Below, in pieces: positions 14,310 to 28,264 of a stretch of 64,000 bases of DNA. The stretch's first letter is position 1. Each line of letters begins with the position of its first letter. Source of the DNA: Camelus dromedarius (Eukaryota); NCBI RefSeq assembly GCF_036321535.1, contig NC_087436.1, positions 42,720,001 through 42,784,000 on the forward strand. The letters are read 5' to 3'. The position numbers were made by a program, and so were the translations under genes. The notes below the pieces were generated by a model, which saw nothing but the letters and a program-made list of their open reading frames with translations, ran no database searches and was not told where the DNA came from.

Positions 14310-15915
14310 TACAGCATCTCTTGTTGAACTTTATATAGATGAAATTACATAGAACATATTATTTTCTAACTGGCTTCAAGAAGACGTTTGTAGAATCATC
14401 CCTGTTGTTTTGAATAGCAGTAGTTTGTTCTTTTTCCTGGAATGTATCATGTTTATTGTCCATTCTACCAATTATGGATATATATTTAGATGGTTTCCAG
14501 TTTGTGGCTATTAAAATTATACTGATCAGGGCATTCTTAGATATATATTTTGTACCAAATTTTAATGTGGTATAAACTTAGGATTTCCAGATCATAGAGT
14601 AGTATATGTTCACCATTAATAGAGTATGCTAAAGGGTTTTCAAATGTGATTCCACTAAAGTATAATCCTACCAGCTTCATATCCTTGTCAATGCTTGTGA
14701 TTATCAGTTTAATTTTGTTTAATTTTAATCATCCTACAGGTATATAATTGTATCTCACTATAGTTTTAATTTGCTTTTGCTTATTATGATTGAAGTTAAT
14801 TCTTTTCATCTGCTTATTCACCATTAGGGTGTCATATTCTGAAGTACCTGCTTAATTCTTTAGCTCTTTTTTTAAATTGAGCTGTCTTTTGCACTCACAT
14901 TTATTTGTAAGGAATTCATTATATATCCTAGATAAAAGTCTTTTCTCAGTTATAAATCTTGTAAATATCTTTTCTACTTTGTAGCTTGTCTTTTCACTTT
15001 CTGCTGATGTCTTTTGATTAATGGAATTTCTCAGTTCCACTGTAGCCCAGTTCAATAACCTATCCTTTAAGATTTGTGCTATTGGTGTCCCTTCAAAGAA
15101 ATCTTTGCCTAGTCCAAATTCATGAGGATATTTTCCTATGATTTCTTCTAAAAGATTGGTGTTTTACTCTTTGAATTTATACTTACAAATTGATAATTGT
15201 ATACAATGTGATTCACTTTGTTTCATATGGTTTTTCAACTGACCCAGTACCATTTGCCAAAAAGACACTCCTTTATCCATTGCTCTGAATTGCCAACATC
15301 ATCAAAAACTAAGTGACTGTATGTGTGTGGGTCTGTTTGGGGGGTTGTACCTTTGATATACTTGTCTAACTAACATTGGACCAGTACCACATGTAGTTTT
15401 ATGAGCTTCATATCAAGGGTAAATCCTCCAACTTATTCTCCTTCTTCCAGATTATTGTGGCCATTCTTGGCCCTTTGTATTTTATAACACTTGATCAATT
15501 TGTGCACGCGCACACACACACATGCTCACAAAACATTGGAATTAATATTTGGAATGCATTTAATTTATAAATCAATTTGGAAAGAATTAGCTTCTTTACA
15601 ATATAGAGTCTTCCAGACCATGACCATGATATATCATTTGATTTATTTTGGTCCTCTTGAATTTATCTCAATAATGGTTCAGTAGTTTCCATAGTGTCAG
15701 TCTTGCATGTTTTATATTTATTCCTAGGTGTTTAATTTCTATGCCTTCTAAATAGTATTGTACTCTTATTTTATTTTCTTAACATTTTTGCTGGAAATTA
15801 GAATTCAATTAACTTTTTAAAATTTTTGAACAAACTTTCAAAATTCATTTACTAAACTCTAGTATGTATAAGACTCATTTGAAATATTTATATACCCAAC
15901 CATGTCATATGATAC
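14310..15915 (-). mobile_element. Ancient L1M LINE fragment (3' UTR plus ORF2 end, degenerate)
   Basis: T-rich L1 antisense motifs: ggtttccagtttgtggctatta, agttttaatttgc, aagaaatctttgccta, cagtaccattt, ttggaatgcatttaatttataaatcaatttgg. Confidence 0.85.
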
Positions 15916-16083
15916 ATTTGGTTTCTTTATCTACTATAAATAAAAATAATACATTTTCTCTGGGCTTACCTCTTGAATTACAACCTAGCTCCTTTAAAAA
16001 TTCTTATTAATATTGATGCTTCAACTTGTTCCAGCGCTTTCCCAGGTCACTTGAACTTATTCTTTCATTATCACAAGGTTGCA

Positions 16084-16830
16084 ATGTGTGGCAATGAAAA
16101 TATTCTGGGCTTTGAACTTAATCAGACCTCAGTTTTAATTCTAGCTTCTACATTTACTATCTGTTTTGCTCAATGTTACTAAAACTCTCTGGGTGTTTCA
16201 AGTCTACAAATGGGCATGTGGTGAGCAACTTCTAAGATGCCCCCAATGATCCCCACTTCCTCATATTCATGCCCTTGTGTAATACACCTTCCTCCTGAGG
16301 TGAGCTGGACCTATTGACTCACTTCTAATTAAAAGGATACGGCAAAAGTAATGGTATAATACTTTCAAGGTTAGGTTACAACGAGACTGTGGCTTCTGCC
16401 TTGGTGCCGTCTTGCTTGCCTATTCACTCATTCTGATGGAAGCAGCTGCTGGGTTGTGAGCTGCCCTACAGAGAAACTTATATGGAAATGTTCTGAGGGG
16501 GGTCACCAGTCAACAGCCAGTGAGAAAATGAAACATCAATCCAAAAGTCAACAAAGGACTAAATCCTGCCAACAACCACATAAGAGAACTTGAAATTGCA
16601 TCCTCCCTGAGTCAAGCCTTCAGGACAGATCATACCCGTGACTTCCATTTTTATTATAGTCTTATTAGTGTCTTTGTGGCAAAAGCACACAGCTAAGCCA
16701 CCCATGGATGCCTGACCCACAGAAACCAGGAGATGAATGTTTCTGTTATTTTAAGCCACAAAATTGTGGGATTATTTGTTATTCAGCAATAGATAACTAA
16801 TGCAGAGTATAATCCACTACAGAGTGTATG
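16084..16830 (+). mobile_element. MIR split by the LTR at 16217-16804
   Basis: gggctttgaacttaatcagacctcagttttaattctagcttct..ctacaaatggg on the left; short continuation tataatccactacagag on the right. Confidence 0.55.
16217..16804 (+). mobile_element. Full-length solo MaLR LTR (MLT1F-like)
   Basis: TG..CA termini (tgtggtgagc..agataactaatgca); internal cccaatgatcccc, ctaaatcctgccaacaaccac, ttttaagccac..tttgttattcagcaatagataactaa. Confidence 0.88.
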
Positions 16831-19800
16831 ACCCTTAAAAGGCATTTAATATTTCTAGTTAGTGAAAAATTTTATTGATTTTGCACAGACTTTAGAATTC
16901 AATTTAAAAAAAGAGTGAGTCAGGTAATTGAGTAAGTAATATAATCTCTTATCTACAGATGTGTTAAAGTGACCCTCCTAACATTATGCTTTTAAATACT
17001 AGAGGAACTAGAAATACCTGCAATAGAAGAAATTTTGTTAATTTTAAAGGAATGAGCTGATATATCAGCTCTAGGTGACCACTTCAGTCTCCCACTAGAC
17101 CCATTTGGTTGTGGTATTAACCCAAGAAATTTTTCCTCATTAAGCTGTGAATGGATTGTTCTTGAATCTCATTGCAGATTTTCCATCTTACAGAGTAATT
17201 GCAGAACCCAAATTTATCATGACTCTGGTATAAAACCTGAGTGATAGTCATTATAAAAATAGAAACTCATAGCTCCTACATGCTATGGTTCTCTTTGTAT
17301 ATCCTACTGCCACATTATTTTTTTCTATCAAGCATTGACTATTACATTTAAATTTAACTTCATTCATTTATGACACACTGATCTCAGTTCCTTTGTGTCA
17401 TGTCTACTCAAAAGTAGTTTGGTCCCATCACACCTTTATTGCTTCAATTTTTTTTCTTCCCTAAGCAATATATGTAGTTTTTAAATTCATAAGTATCCAG
17501 TTTTCTTGACTGTTTTAAGATATTTTACATTTTTAATTAAATTTCTAGAATAGTACTGACAAATAATAGTATTTGAAATATGTATACATATACGATTCCT
17601 TTGAATGTTAATAGACATACAGTCCCTAAGAATGTAATATGAGGGTGATGAATAAAACTGGGAAGGGAAGTGAGCTAAACTCTATATTATTACAAATATT
17701 TATTGCAATGATTATTACACTGATTACTACAAATATTTATTGCAATGATTGAGATGCTTACATTCTGAATTGTAAAACATAACCATTAAATTCAATGGAA
17801 ATAATCCAACGTAAAGCCTTGTATATCTTCTGACACTTTTCATGACTCTGTTGAAAAAATATCACCTAAAATGAAAACTACCAGTAAGCTCATTAAATCA
17901 TGTCATGATTTCCCTTCCTGTGTCATGGTTTTATCAAATGGGCTGTTCCCTGCAACAAGGAAAACAACAAATATGGAATGCCTGGCGTGTCCAGGCTAGC
18001 AAATGTCATTAAAGCTATCTTTCTGCTTTTGTGCCTTCTTTTTTTACAGTTTTAACTTAGATAGCTGCGATGCTGGCATAAATTTTTAAAAATCATGTCC
18101 ATCATGACTCAGACTATTTCTGAATTGGGGCCTGTGGGCCAGCCATAAAAAACATTTTTCTTTCCTAGAACATGAAAGGTCTGAATTTTGCCAGAAGTCT
18201 GTCTGCCAGCTAACCAGAACCTGCCAGTGCACAGGAAGAAGGCCTATTATTTGAAGGTTTGGCTTTTCGTAACTCTGGCTGTAAAGTAAGACTTATCAAG
18301 ACAAGGAAGAACTTGGGTTGGCTGCTGGATTTACTACCTAGCTGCTCAAGAAATTCTCAGGGTTCTTCATCTTTGACCGTATTAGCAAGCAATACCAGTT
18401 CACATTAACAGCCAGTTTTAAAAGCAGAGTGTAACATAGTGACTGTCCTGTTCTATTAATGTGTTTTTTACCTACATCACATTTCTGAAAATCTTCGGCT
18501 GTGTCTGAGATCCTTTAAATACACATACATACACACAAAACAAAGCAGTTGATTAAATGCATCTTGCAAATATTTTGAACACTTTCTAGCAAAGAATTGC
18601 TTCAATATTCTTAGTTTGTTTCTAGTTCTTGCATAAATTTGGATAAGCATAATATATTCCCAGGGGCTATTGGTGTGTTAAACACCCAGTGGAGTTTAAG
18701 TGGGTGTTTTTGATCACATCATCAAATTTAACTTCATTTTATTTTTCTACTCTGGAGGTAAAGAGAATTCATTGAATTTATAAAATGATTTGAGCTTGTG
18801 AACTAAGAAACTTTATGTAAACCTGCTGTGTGTCCTTTATGTTGCAAATACTAGATTTATATAGGTCTTAACATCTTTACTGCAATTTCACCTTAGTCGA
18901 TGAGAAAAACTTTAAAAAATCCTGCATGAGGAGAGTAACTACCTCCCTTAGGGAGTGAATTTTGATCTGGACTTAAAGAATATGTAGGATTCTCCCAGCC
19001 AGGCATTGCTGGATGGGAAAATGACCTTAGCAAAGATCTGGAAGGACAGTTAGGGGACAGCTATTTTATAGCTAGAAGTACAGAAGTGGACAGGTGGTCA
19101 GGGAAGAATCTTAAAAAGTAAGAGTGTGCATCCCCCTTCCCCAGTGGATTGTGGGATTGATTCTTTGGTTGCTGAAGCACAGCACATACTTTTAAGCTAG
19201 GCAGTGGTATGTTACAGACAAATCACTGTTTGCTGGGAGGGAGAAGAGAGAAAAAATAATGGCAACAAAGAAGACCATTTAAATGGCTATTCAAACAACA
19301 ATGGTATAGGTATTTGAGCCGTATCTGAATTTATTTCCTCTAATTTTCTTGGAACCTCTCTTTCTGACCAGGATTTTAAAAAATCTTTATCTTTCTGACT
19401 CTCCATTTGTTTCATTATCTTTAAACTTAAAATCACTATGAACACCAATAGACTTTCTAACTTAATATAACCTGCCCAAGCTGTTTCTAAGTTTATATAA
19501 TTTGGGACTATTAATATGAATTGTCATGCTTCCATTTAGCATTGATTAAAGTCTTCTCTTCTTGAATAATAATTTTCTATTTTTGCCCAATTCCTGATGT
19601 TATATACTCTCACTCATATTTATGAGAAATATATTATTTGAATTATGTCAACATAAAGTTTATTTCCTGGGCACAGTATAATTCATTTGATTTACTAAAG
19701 GAATTCTGGGGTAAGACTAGAATCTATTCAAGGCATATTATGAAGCCAAGCCTGGTCAACTGGTACACCTAGTTCCCTGTTTATCCTATCACTGCTGTCT

Positions 19801-20128
19801 CTCCTACAACCCAAAAAGTTGTCCCTCTTTCATCATCAGAGTTCAAAGCTACAGTAATAATCATAGCAATAGGGGAGAACAGGCTAGAGAAGTGAGTTGC
19901 CAATTTGAGGAACTGCTTCAGGGGACAGCTGGTTTTAATTATGGTCAAAGTTAGACTGGGCCAAGGCTAGAGCTGGCAGCTAGCTGTCGAGGTTAACTGG
20001 AGTCAGGAAAGATAAGTTGCAAGGCAGGCATTAGATCAGCTTCTGAGGCCTACGCTGTAAGTCAGTAAGCCAGAGATGACTACAGTCCAGTGCCTTAAAG
20101 AGCTTCATGGACAGGTAGGGTCTGGGAA

Positions 20129-20610
20129 AGATGTTAATGTCTCACAATAAGATGACATTTAAGCAGAGGCAAGAAGGAAATGAGGGAAGAAAATCATGCT
20201 TTGACCTTCTATGTCTTGGGCAAAGGTAATGACAAGTGCAAAGGCAGGAACTAACAAGGAGGCTAGTATGGCCAGAGCACAGTGAACAAAGTGGAGAGTG
20301 GGAGCAGCTAGACTCAGAGAGGTGACAGGATCACGTAGGGCTTTGAGGGTCATGGAACCGCCTTTAGATTTTACTCGATGCAGGAAGAAATGGCAAAATC
20401 TGTCATATTTCTTTAAAATCTACACCAACTGCTGATGGAAAATAGATTCTATATATCTAGAGCAGAAGTAAGGAGACCAGTTAGAGACTCTTACAGTAAT
20501 TGAGGTGAGAGTTGATGATGTCTTGAACCAGAGTGGTAGCAATGGAGATACTGAGAAGTGAACAGACTCAGGATATATTTTGAGATATAATCAACAAAAT
20601 TTGCTGTAGT
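20129..20610 (-). mobile_element. L2 LINE fragment
   Basis: gatgacatttaagcagag, gaggctagtatggccagagc, ggagaccagttagagact, cttgaaccagagtggtagcaatggaga. Confidence 0.8.
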
Positions 20611-21701
20611 GATCTTTGCCATGGTAGTTGTAGTATAAAGCTAATAAAAGTAGTTAAGGATAGCTACTACTACTGCTAAGATCTACAGCTACTTAGACTC
20701 TGTGCTTTAGAGTCTAGCCTCCTGCTACACACACTCGTAGTATTAACTACCCAACCCATCTTGTTTTCCATCCCTTCTGGGTCTCTGACCATTTTCATCC
20801 CAATCTCTCAGCCTGTTATTTTGATCTCTGGCACCTGACAATTCTAAACCCTGACTTTTTCGCATTGTCCTTCTGTTTCGTAGCTGACCTCTCTGGACAC
20901 AATCTCTTATTTTTCTGATTTTACTGTATCAGCCAGTATCATTCCTACATGGCCAACCCCAAATCTTGACTTCTCCTATCCCACCCTACACCCTCAGCAA
21001 CCAAGTCTAAGCAGGATAGTTGATTTTAGGAAAAGGCTTAAAGCTCTGCTGAATAGAATCAGCAAATAAAGTTTAAAGGTAAAGATAGGAATCTGAGATT
21101 ATAGCTGATAAGTTTATTAGCTCCTGATAACATCTAGTAGCTCTTGTTATTCCTGTTTCCTGTTCAAAATTTTAAAAACTTAACAGGATAAATTCTATTG
21201 ATACATGTCCAGAAGAAAGAATCTGCCTGGTCTTGTTTAGTCTAGACAGAAATTGTTGGGTGTTAAAATAGTGAAACCTGGATTAGCACCCAAGGATTCT
21301 TTCAGAGTTCAGTAGTTTTGGCAGATTAGCCAATGAAACTGAAGTGTCATTCTGTCAGAGGTTATGACACACAGAGTTAAATTCCAATTTTGATAGTCTG
21401 GCCTCTTCCACAGGCTTTAAATTATATAATGAACCAACTTCTGCTCCATTTGTCTGAAAACCTCAAGATATGCCTATGAAGCATCAAATGAAGTGAAGAT
21501 TTGCAAATCATCTGCATATCTGGACATGAATCACCCAACTATATAATTCGAGACCTAGTGTTTTACTGGCTTTAGTTATTGTACTAAATCATAAGATTTA
21601 GCTGGCTACTTGGATCAAGTTAATTAAATAAATGCTTTATCTATTAAGGACCTATTCACAGACACCAGCGCTTACAACCATTCCCCGTTCCAAAAAAATA
21701 C

Positions 21702-21721
21702 CTGCTGCTGCTGCTGCTGCT
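21702..21721. repeat. (CTG)6 trinucleotide repeat
   Basis: Direct read. Confidence 0.9.
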
Positions 21722-22609
21722 ACTTCCCTTGTCTCCCAGGTACAGTCACGTTCCTGTCACATGTACAGTACCCACAACGGACTGTTGTGATCACTGAGTA
21801 CATTGTTGGAATCCTTTTATTTGTCCAGATTGAACCTGATGCTCCCATGAACGCCCCCAGAAGATAAGAATAAAGAAATAGGGTGCTTTGTTGCTTCCAA
21901 GATCTGAGAAAGTACTCAAATCTTTCTTTCTCCAGAATGACAGGGAGCCCCTACCCTGGCCTTGCACATCTAAGCTATTGCCAATGAAGGAAGTTTTTAT
22001 GATCTTCCTGTGCCAGTCAGAACATAGGATTCACATCAGAGGGCCGTCTGGGATTCTCACTTGGGCAAACCCAACCCGGGCCCTGGTTAGCAGCATTCAA
22101 CTCGGGGAAAGAGTGTGTTAACAAAGGTAAAAGTGCATGAGGCCACTAGGCCTTTCATACTCTAAAAAGTGTGCTATACTTTAAATAATTTAAATGCAAA
22201 ATAGAGTTTCACGTTTTATTACCTATGTCAGGATTTACTATGAAACTTCATGACACTCTAGGACATTTCCATATTTCTTTCTGTCTGGTTGGAATTAGTG
22301 TTTGAGAGTTCTTTGCATTTTCCAAGCTGAGCTCCCTCTCAAACAGTGTAATTTGCATATTTTGTCCTGTAAACCAAAGTAGGTTCTGATCAAATCTGAA
22401 TTATATCAGCCATTTTTTACTTTTCTATTTTTTTACCTCTCCAGAAAGATTTTTTAAAGAGTCACATTAATAAAGAGTAAATATTACAATAAAATAACAA
22501 GCTTCATTTTCTCTCTTTTTGTCACCATGGTATTAGATCTGCACTGGCAATAATTAAACTCCTATATCTTAGGATGAGAACATAAATAAAATGAGGAGAG
22601 CCATCTGAT

Positions 22610-23200
22610 AGAACTGAAAGGCTTTAGTATCAAATAAACTAGGACTGACTCCTGGTCTTACATCCTCCTGACTGCACAACCTTCAAGACTGAGTCCCAGC
22701 TTTTTTGTTGGTAAAATGACAATACTATCAGCTACTGTTGTGAACTGAACATTTGTATCTCCCCCAAATTTATACATTAGAATCCCAATGCTCAGTGTGA
22801 TAACATTTGGAGGCAGGGCCTTTGGGAGGTAAGTAGGCCATGAAGATGGAGCTTCCATGAATGGGATGAATGCTCTTACAAGAAGAGACACACACAGGAG
22901 AGAGCTTGCTTCCTTCCTCTCCCTGCTCTTCCCCATGTGAGGACACAATGAAAAGAGAACCATCTGTAAACCAGCAAGAGGGCCCTCGCCAAGAACCCAA
23001 CCGTGCTGGCACCCTGACCCCAGACTTCCAGCCTCCAGAACGATGAGAAATAAGTTTGTTGTTTAAGCCAGCCAGTCTGTGGTATGTTTGTTACAAACCA
23101 ACCTGAACTAAGACACCTACCAAGTCAGATTTGGGCATATGCAATATCTAGCACAGTCTTTGCCCACAGGAAACTCTCAACAGTTAGTCATAATAGTAAC
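22610..23200 (+). mobile_element. MIR split by the LTR at 22736-23115
   Basis: aaggctttagtatcaaataaactagg..gtaaaatgacaatacta on the left; tatgcaatatctagcacagtc..cacaggaaactctcaacagttag on the right. Confidence 0.55.
22736..23115 (+). mobile_element. Full-length solo MaLR LTR (MLT1A-like)
   Basis: tgttgtgaactgaa..aactaagaca termini; gggcctttgggaggt, ccatgtgaggacaca, gacttccagcctccagaa; 5-bp TSD gctac/cctac (4/5). Confidence 0.92.
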
Positions 23201-23899
23201 ACTGCTGAAGCAGTCTGTTAATTCACTTTAAGTCACTTTTCAGAAACTAGAGAGCACTTAATAATTCCTATGTTTGTTACCCAATTGTGTGGATATGATC
23301 TACTTTGCGGTACAGTTACAACGTAAGTCACCATTTGTAGGTCAAAGAGTTTAGTGTGTACTGGCAGGGACAGATACATAAATAATTATAATAAAATGTC
23401 ATACAGGTTCAAAGAGCTATTGTGCAAAGTGATTTGAGTTATAGAAAAAATGACTAACTATGAGATATTGGAATCTGGAAAGGTTCACAAAATGGGACTT
23501 TGGGGCTTAGAGATTCTGTAGGAGTTCACTTCCCAGTAAATGGAAAAACTCAACTTAGTAGAGAGGGTCCTTAATGGCAAGCAAAGGGCACAGAATTGCT
23601 CTATTTCTCCAGCAACATAGGGCCCAAGATTTCCAGCTATCCCTTGCTTTAAAACCCCAGGGATGAGGCTATGTCTTCCCCATCACTCCATCTGCAGCTG
23701 CAGGCAAGACCAGCCACCCCATGACCTTTAATCATGGTGTCCTGTGGCTTCTGAAACAAATCCCATCATGTCTCCACCACCAGTTTTCCTGTATTGCTAT
23801 GAGAAGTCCAGGTTTCCCAGATCACTCAGTTTCACACAGATATTTATCACCATCCTGCTCTCAGCCTCCACAAATCTGGCCACATTTCCCACACTCTTG

Positions 23900-24490
23900 G
23901 CCATCTAAGCCCTTCTGCCCAAACTTGTTTCCTATCATCAGAAAACATTTTTCTCTTAATCTCCTCACTGAACATTTCCTTCAGAGTTTTGCTGAATTTT
24001 AACTTGGCTCCTGAAAACACTGCTTTCCCTGGAGCCCTTGATTTATTTTTACTTTTTCTTCTCATACTCAAAGTACCATAACGTACCTGGACTTACAGGC
24101 GGTGTCCTCTCCACTCCCTGTTCCTACTTCCAAACTGCCACTCTTCTTTCCCCCTTCAAGACTACCAATTCACTGACCCTCTGACTTACCTTTATTCATC
24201 ATAACCCCATGTCTTCACACGTCACCCTATCCAGCTTGTTTTTCATGGTTTTGCCCTATAACTACTTCCCAACAAATGTCCTTAACTCTTTTTCCTTTTC
24301 CCTCAAGCATTTTATTCCTGACAAAACCTAAACTCTGGTCAAATCCAACTATCTGTTAATCTGTTCCTGCATTCAAGTGACTGAATACTCTAGAGAATAT
24401 TACATAATTCTGTTGATTGAAGTCACCCATGAACGACAACTTGCCCAAGACAATGTCTAAGTCAGTGTCTTCATTGGTCACTTTCTCCTC
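23900..24490 (+). mobile_element. L2 LINE internal fragment, degenerate
   Basis: ctcactgaa..acttggctcctgaaaacactgctt; caaaacctaaactctggtcaaatccaactatctg. Confidence 0.55.
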
Positions 24491-25189
24491 TTAAATATTT
24501 TTTTCTCTATATTATATTATTATTATTTATATTGTGTTATAGCCTTGAGTGTGTTTGTGTTTAAAATCATCATAAGCACATTTTTACATAGAATTCCTCT
24601 AAGTAATGGATCACTGGCATGATCTCTCATCACCTCCTTTTCAGCTCTTCAGCAAGTGTCATAAATACAGGATTTCTTCACCACTAGCTGGACCAAGAAA
24701 TTTAATTGCCAGAAATTGCTACAAAACACCCATTTAGTCCATAAGACATTTGTTTTCTATTGTGTTTTGCTTTGTTTCACTACTTAAAGCCACTAAGAAC
24801 CTATGGAGAATCAGCCTTTAAGTGTCTAGTCATCTAACAGTGCAGTTTACTAACATTTTTTCCCCCTTGGTCCCCCATACAAGATTTTAGACCATGTGCA
24901 ATTTCCCAGCTTCCAATTATCAGATATTTTTAATGGCATTTCACTTCCTACTATCAGATATCATTAAATGCACTGACCTCAGTTCTTCCAAAGCTCATGA
25001 AGAATGCATCCTCATCTGGGATCAGTGCTTTGTCCTAGATCTTGAACTCAATAAGTTTCAAACCCTGGATCTGTATAGAATTCATCTGCTTTAGGAAAGC
25101 TGCTTTATATTGCTACAGCCTTCATTGAATGTGTGTTTTTTTTTTGTCTTGTTTTGTTTTTTTAGAGGGGAAAGGCAAATGTCTAAGAA

Positions 25190-25345
25190 GGAAGCATCTG
25201 TTTCCTTATTTGTAAAATAAGAAAAAGAGCAAATATTCTGAGGTTTGTGAAATGTTTCAATGAGTTAGTATATGTAAATGCCTTAGTAGAGTCCTGGCAC
25301 ATAGTAAAATTCCAAAAACCGTCACTTTATTATGATTATTTTTAT
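25190..25345 (+). mobile_element. MIR SINE 3' part
   Basis: ctgtttccttatttgtaaaat..aatgagttagtatatgtaaatgccttag..cctggcacatagtaa. Confidence 0.75.
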
Positions 25346-26150
25346 TACCTAGATAAGTCTCTCAAACACTGACTTCATATTGCCAAGTATGCCAGTCCCT
25401 CCAAGGAAAGAATACTCAATTTTTTGGTTGGTTTTCTTTGCTCCTTTGTCATCTTTTTCTTTTCTTTTCTCCAGAGGTTCTCTTCAAGTCTTCTGTTGGC
25501 TTCTCTTCCCAACAGGTATTCTTAAGGGTCTCTCCTTATTGTTAATTCCAATACTTCAATTACATTATAGTCCAATTACTCTAAGATTCTCTGGGAAATT
25601 TATCAAGTAACAGTTGTAGAATAACCACCCTAACAGCATAATTGTTTAGAAGTAAAGAATCCAACAAACATTAAATTAATTTTAATTATAATATTTTTTT
25701 CACCACATGAGATTGATCTATAGAGTCAGTGTGTCTATCTCCCTTTTCAAAAATGACCAGAGCCCATAATGAAATGTCCATTAGTACTATTAGATTGCTA
25801 ACAAGGATTGCAAATTTTAAGCCCTCTAGTGGTCAACATCGTGCTCTAAAATGGACAGTATTCAAAGAAAAAATTACTATAACTTACAAAAATGTTTCCA
25901 CCAAAAGATGACTGACAAGTCATTATCCACGTCCCCTAAACAATGTGCCACAGTTGAAACTGAGTAATTCACTACATCAAAAAAAGTTGTTGGAAAAAAA
26001 AGTTAGTGAATACCAATGCTAATTAATTCTTAAAATCATTACTTTTTAGTAATAAAGGAAAATTAAGATTTTTCTCTAATTTCTTACAAAAGTCGTACCC
26101 TTACTGAAATTACCGAATTAAATTTAAACCCAAACACATTTATGTGTACC

Positions 26151-26250
26151 TAATAATAATAATTAGTAATAATTATTATAATAAAAGGTAATAATAATAA
26201 TAATAGGCAATAATAATAATAGTAATAATAATACCTAAAAAATAATTATT
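26151..26250. repeat. Imperfect (AAT)n tract
   Basis: About 100 nt of interrupted taataa repeats. Confidence 0.9.
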
Positions 26251-26870
26251 CCAAAATTTTAAGTTGTAGATGACTTAATAAGATAATTACCTTCTTTCAG
26301 AATTCTATGATTTAAGTTTTTAAGTTTAACACACATACCAGTGTGCCATTTTTTAAAAGCGGGACTAGTTCTCAAGGACTAAAGTCAGCATTAGGTGATT
26401 TTTTAAAAATGACTATAAAAAATTGCAGTGATTCTATATAATTATAAATAAAAATAAGAAATAAAAAGGTGTGACAATATTAATATATGGAAATATCATC
26501 TGACTTCTTCCAGCTCTGAAAAAGTAAATTAGATTTCTGATGAAATTATGTGCTATTTTGTTAGTTATATTTTACTTAGAAAATATTCTGCTCTATTGTG
26601 TGATTGGGTACATATAAACACTCTAAAAATAATACAATACATTCTTCATTTATTTTCTTTCACCAAAGAGAACATAGACCTTTTTATTCATGTAGGCCAG
26701 GTGATCATATATCATATTTCACTATAAGGTCACCAAGTCAAGCTTTAATATCCTTCACATGTAAGGATAGACATCTGCTTCTATTTCTTTAACTCCATCC
26801 CTCTGCCAAAATTAGATCTAGAAATGTCTAGAAGTAATTCTATAATGTTCTGCTTATAATAAAAAGGAAG

Positions 26871-27083
26871 TAAGGTTGCCATTTCCAGGTAAAACAAAGG
26901 ACACTCAGTTCAATTTGTTTCAGATGAGCAATGAATGATTATTTAGTATTTGTCCCATGCAATAATTTTTAGTATATCTATGTTCCCAATACATGGGACA
27001 TACTTGTTCATTATTTATTATTTGTATGAAATTAAAATTTAACTAGTACCCTGTATTTGTATTTGCTTAATCTAATAACCATA
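26871..27083. mobile_element. MER53-like palindromic non-autonomous DNA transposon (hAT-type)
   Basis: Termini taaggttgcc / aataaccata; internal ggacactcagtt..tttcagat, gtcccatgcaata/catgggacatactt, aaatttaact..cctgtattt; 8-bp TSD aaaggaag (26863-26870) / agaggaag (27084-27091). Confidence 0.82.
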
Positions 27084-28264
27084 AGAGGAAGACAAAAATT
27101 ATTTTGGAGGAACTATACAATAATACAGTCTTTCATTTTGCTTAAGGTAGCTCAAATTCATTCTTGACACTTGAAAACAGAAAATTGTAATTAGTTATAC
27201 AAATACTGGCTTTAAAGTAATGTCTTAGCGAAAAAATGATGTCTTAGGAGTCACTGACAGATACTGATAAAATTCTGGCAATAATCTATATTGAATTGAC
27301 ATCTGACTACACCAATGTGCCTTCCTTTTATTTCTGGATTGATCTTGGCTTCAGAGGCTGACAAATCCTCCGGTGAACAAAAAGGATTGCTTTCAATTGC
27401 ATTGAGAATGAATTTAATTTTCATTCACTTCCTATGCCTAATGAGTTCCTCAGGCTGGATTATAAAGTGTGTTGTTTGATATAAAACGCCTTTTCTTTCA
27501 TTGGAACAATTTGTAAATATAGAATTGGAGAGGTGGTAAAGAAGGAACCAGAAACGTTTATACAGACACTGTATAATGACATGAGGGCAAAAAAGACAGA
27601 AACAGAGGAATAAATAAGAAGAAGGAACCACTTAATGTATTAATAAGACCTACTGGGAAGTAGCTTATAATTTATCAGAGCTTTGTATATTGTTTTGTTT
27701 TTATTATGGTGGAGAAAAGCTCTGCTTTTTCATAAATTGTAGCCTCTTGAGCCATTTTCATAGACATATTTACTTTCCTTCCAGGTGGCCAACTAGGGAG
27801 TTGTCTTTTGGCTGTCTTTCTGTCATTTCACATGAGAGGCAAACTCACTCTAGCACACGGTTCATTACAGGTGTCTTTTGTGTAGTCATGTCCTGACAAG
27901 CATCCATTTCACACAACGTTGTCCAGAGGGTGTCCCTGCTATTGTCTGTAATGAGGTAGATAGTTTTCCTTCTTACAGTGACAATCACAGTTTGGGTATA
28001 AATAAAATACTTGGCTATTGGAGAAATTTAGATTAAAGTCTTGATATTTCTAAGTATCAGTTTCCAATTTAGAAATTTAGATTAAAGAAATTTAGATTAA
28101 AGTCTCAATATCTATTTTCTTGTACTTAATGTCATTCTGTATCAATAAAACTCCTGAGAATTTCTTAACATCATTGGATTGACTTCTAAATTTTTTCTGC
28201 TATATAGTCACATATAAAACAAAATTTTTCATTTTTATCCAGTGATTACCTGATTTATGCATCT

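Noticed and set aside
19770..21010. Blocks flanking the L2 that might be old LTR remnants
   Set aside because: I could not assign a family or boundaries by eye.
17686..28105. Short direct repeats with spacers (CRISPR-like)
   Set aside because: Only 2-3 copies each, irregular spacing, mammalian context and no cas genes.
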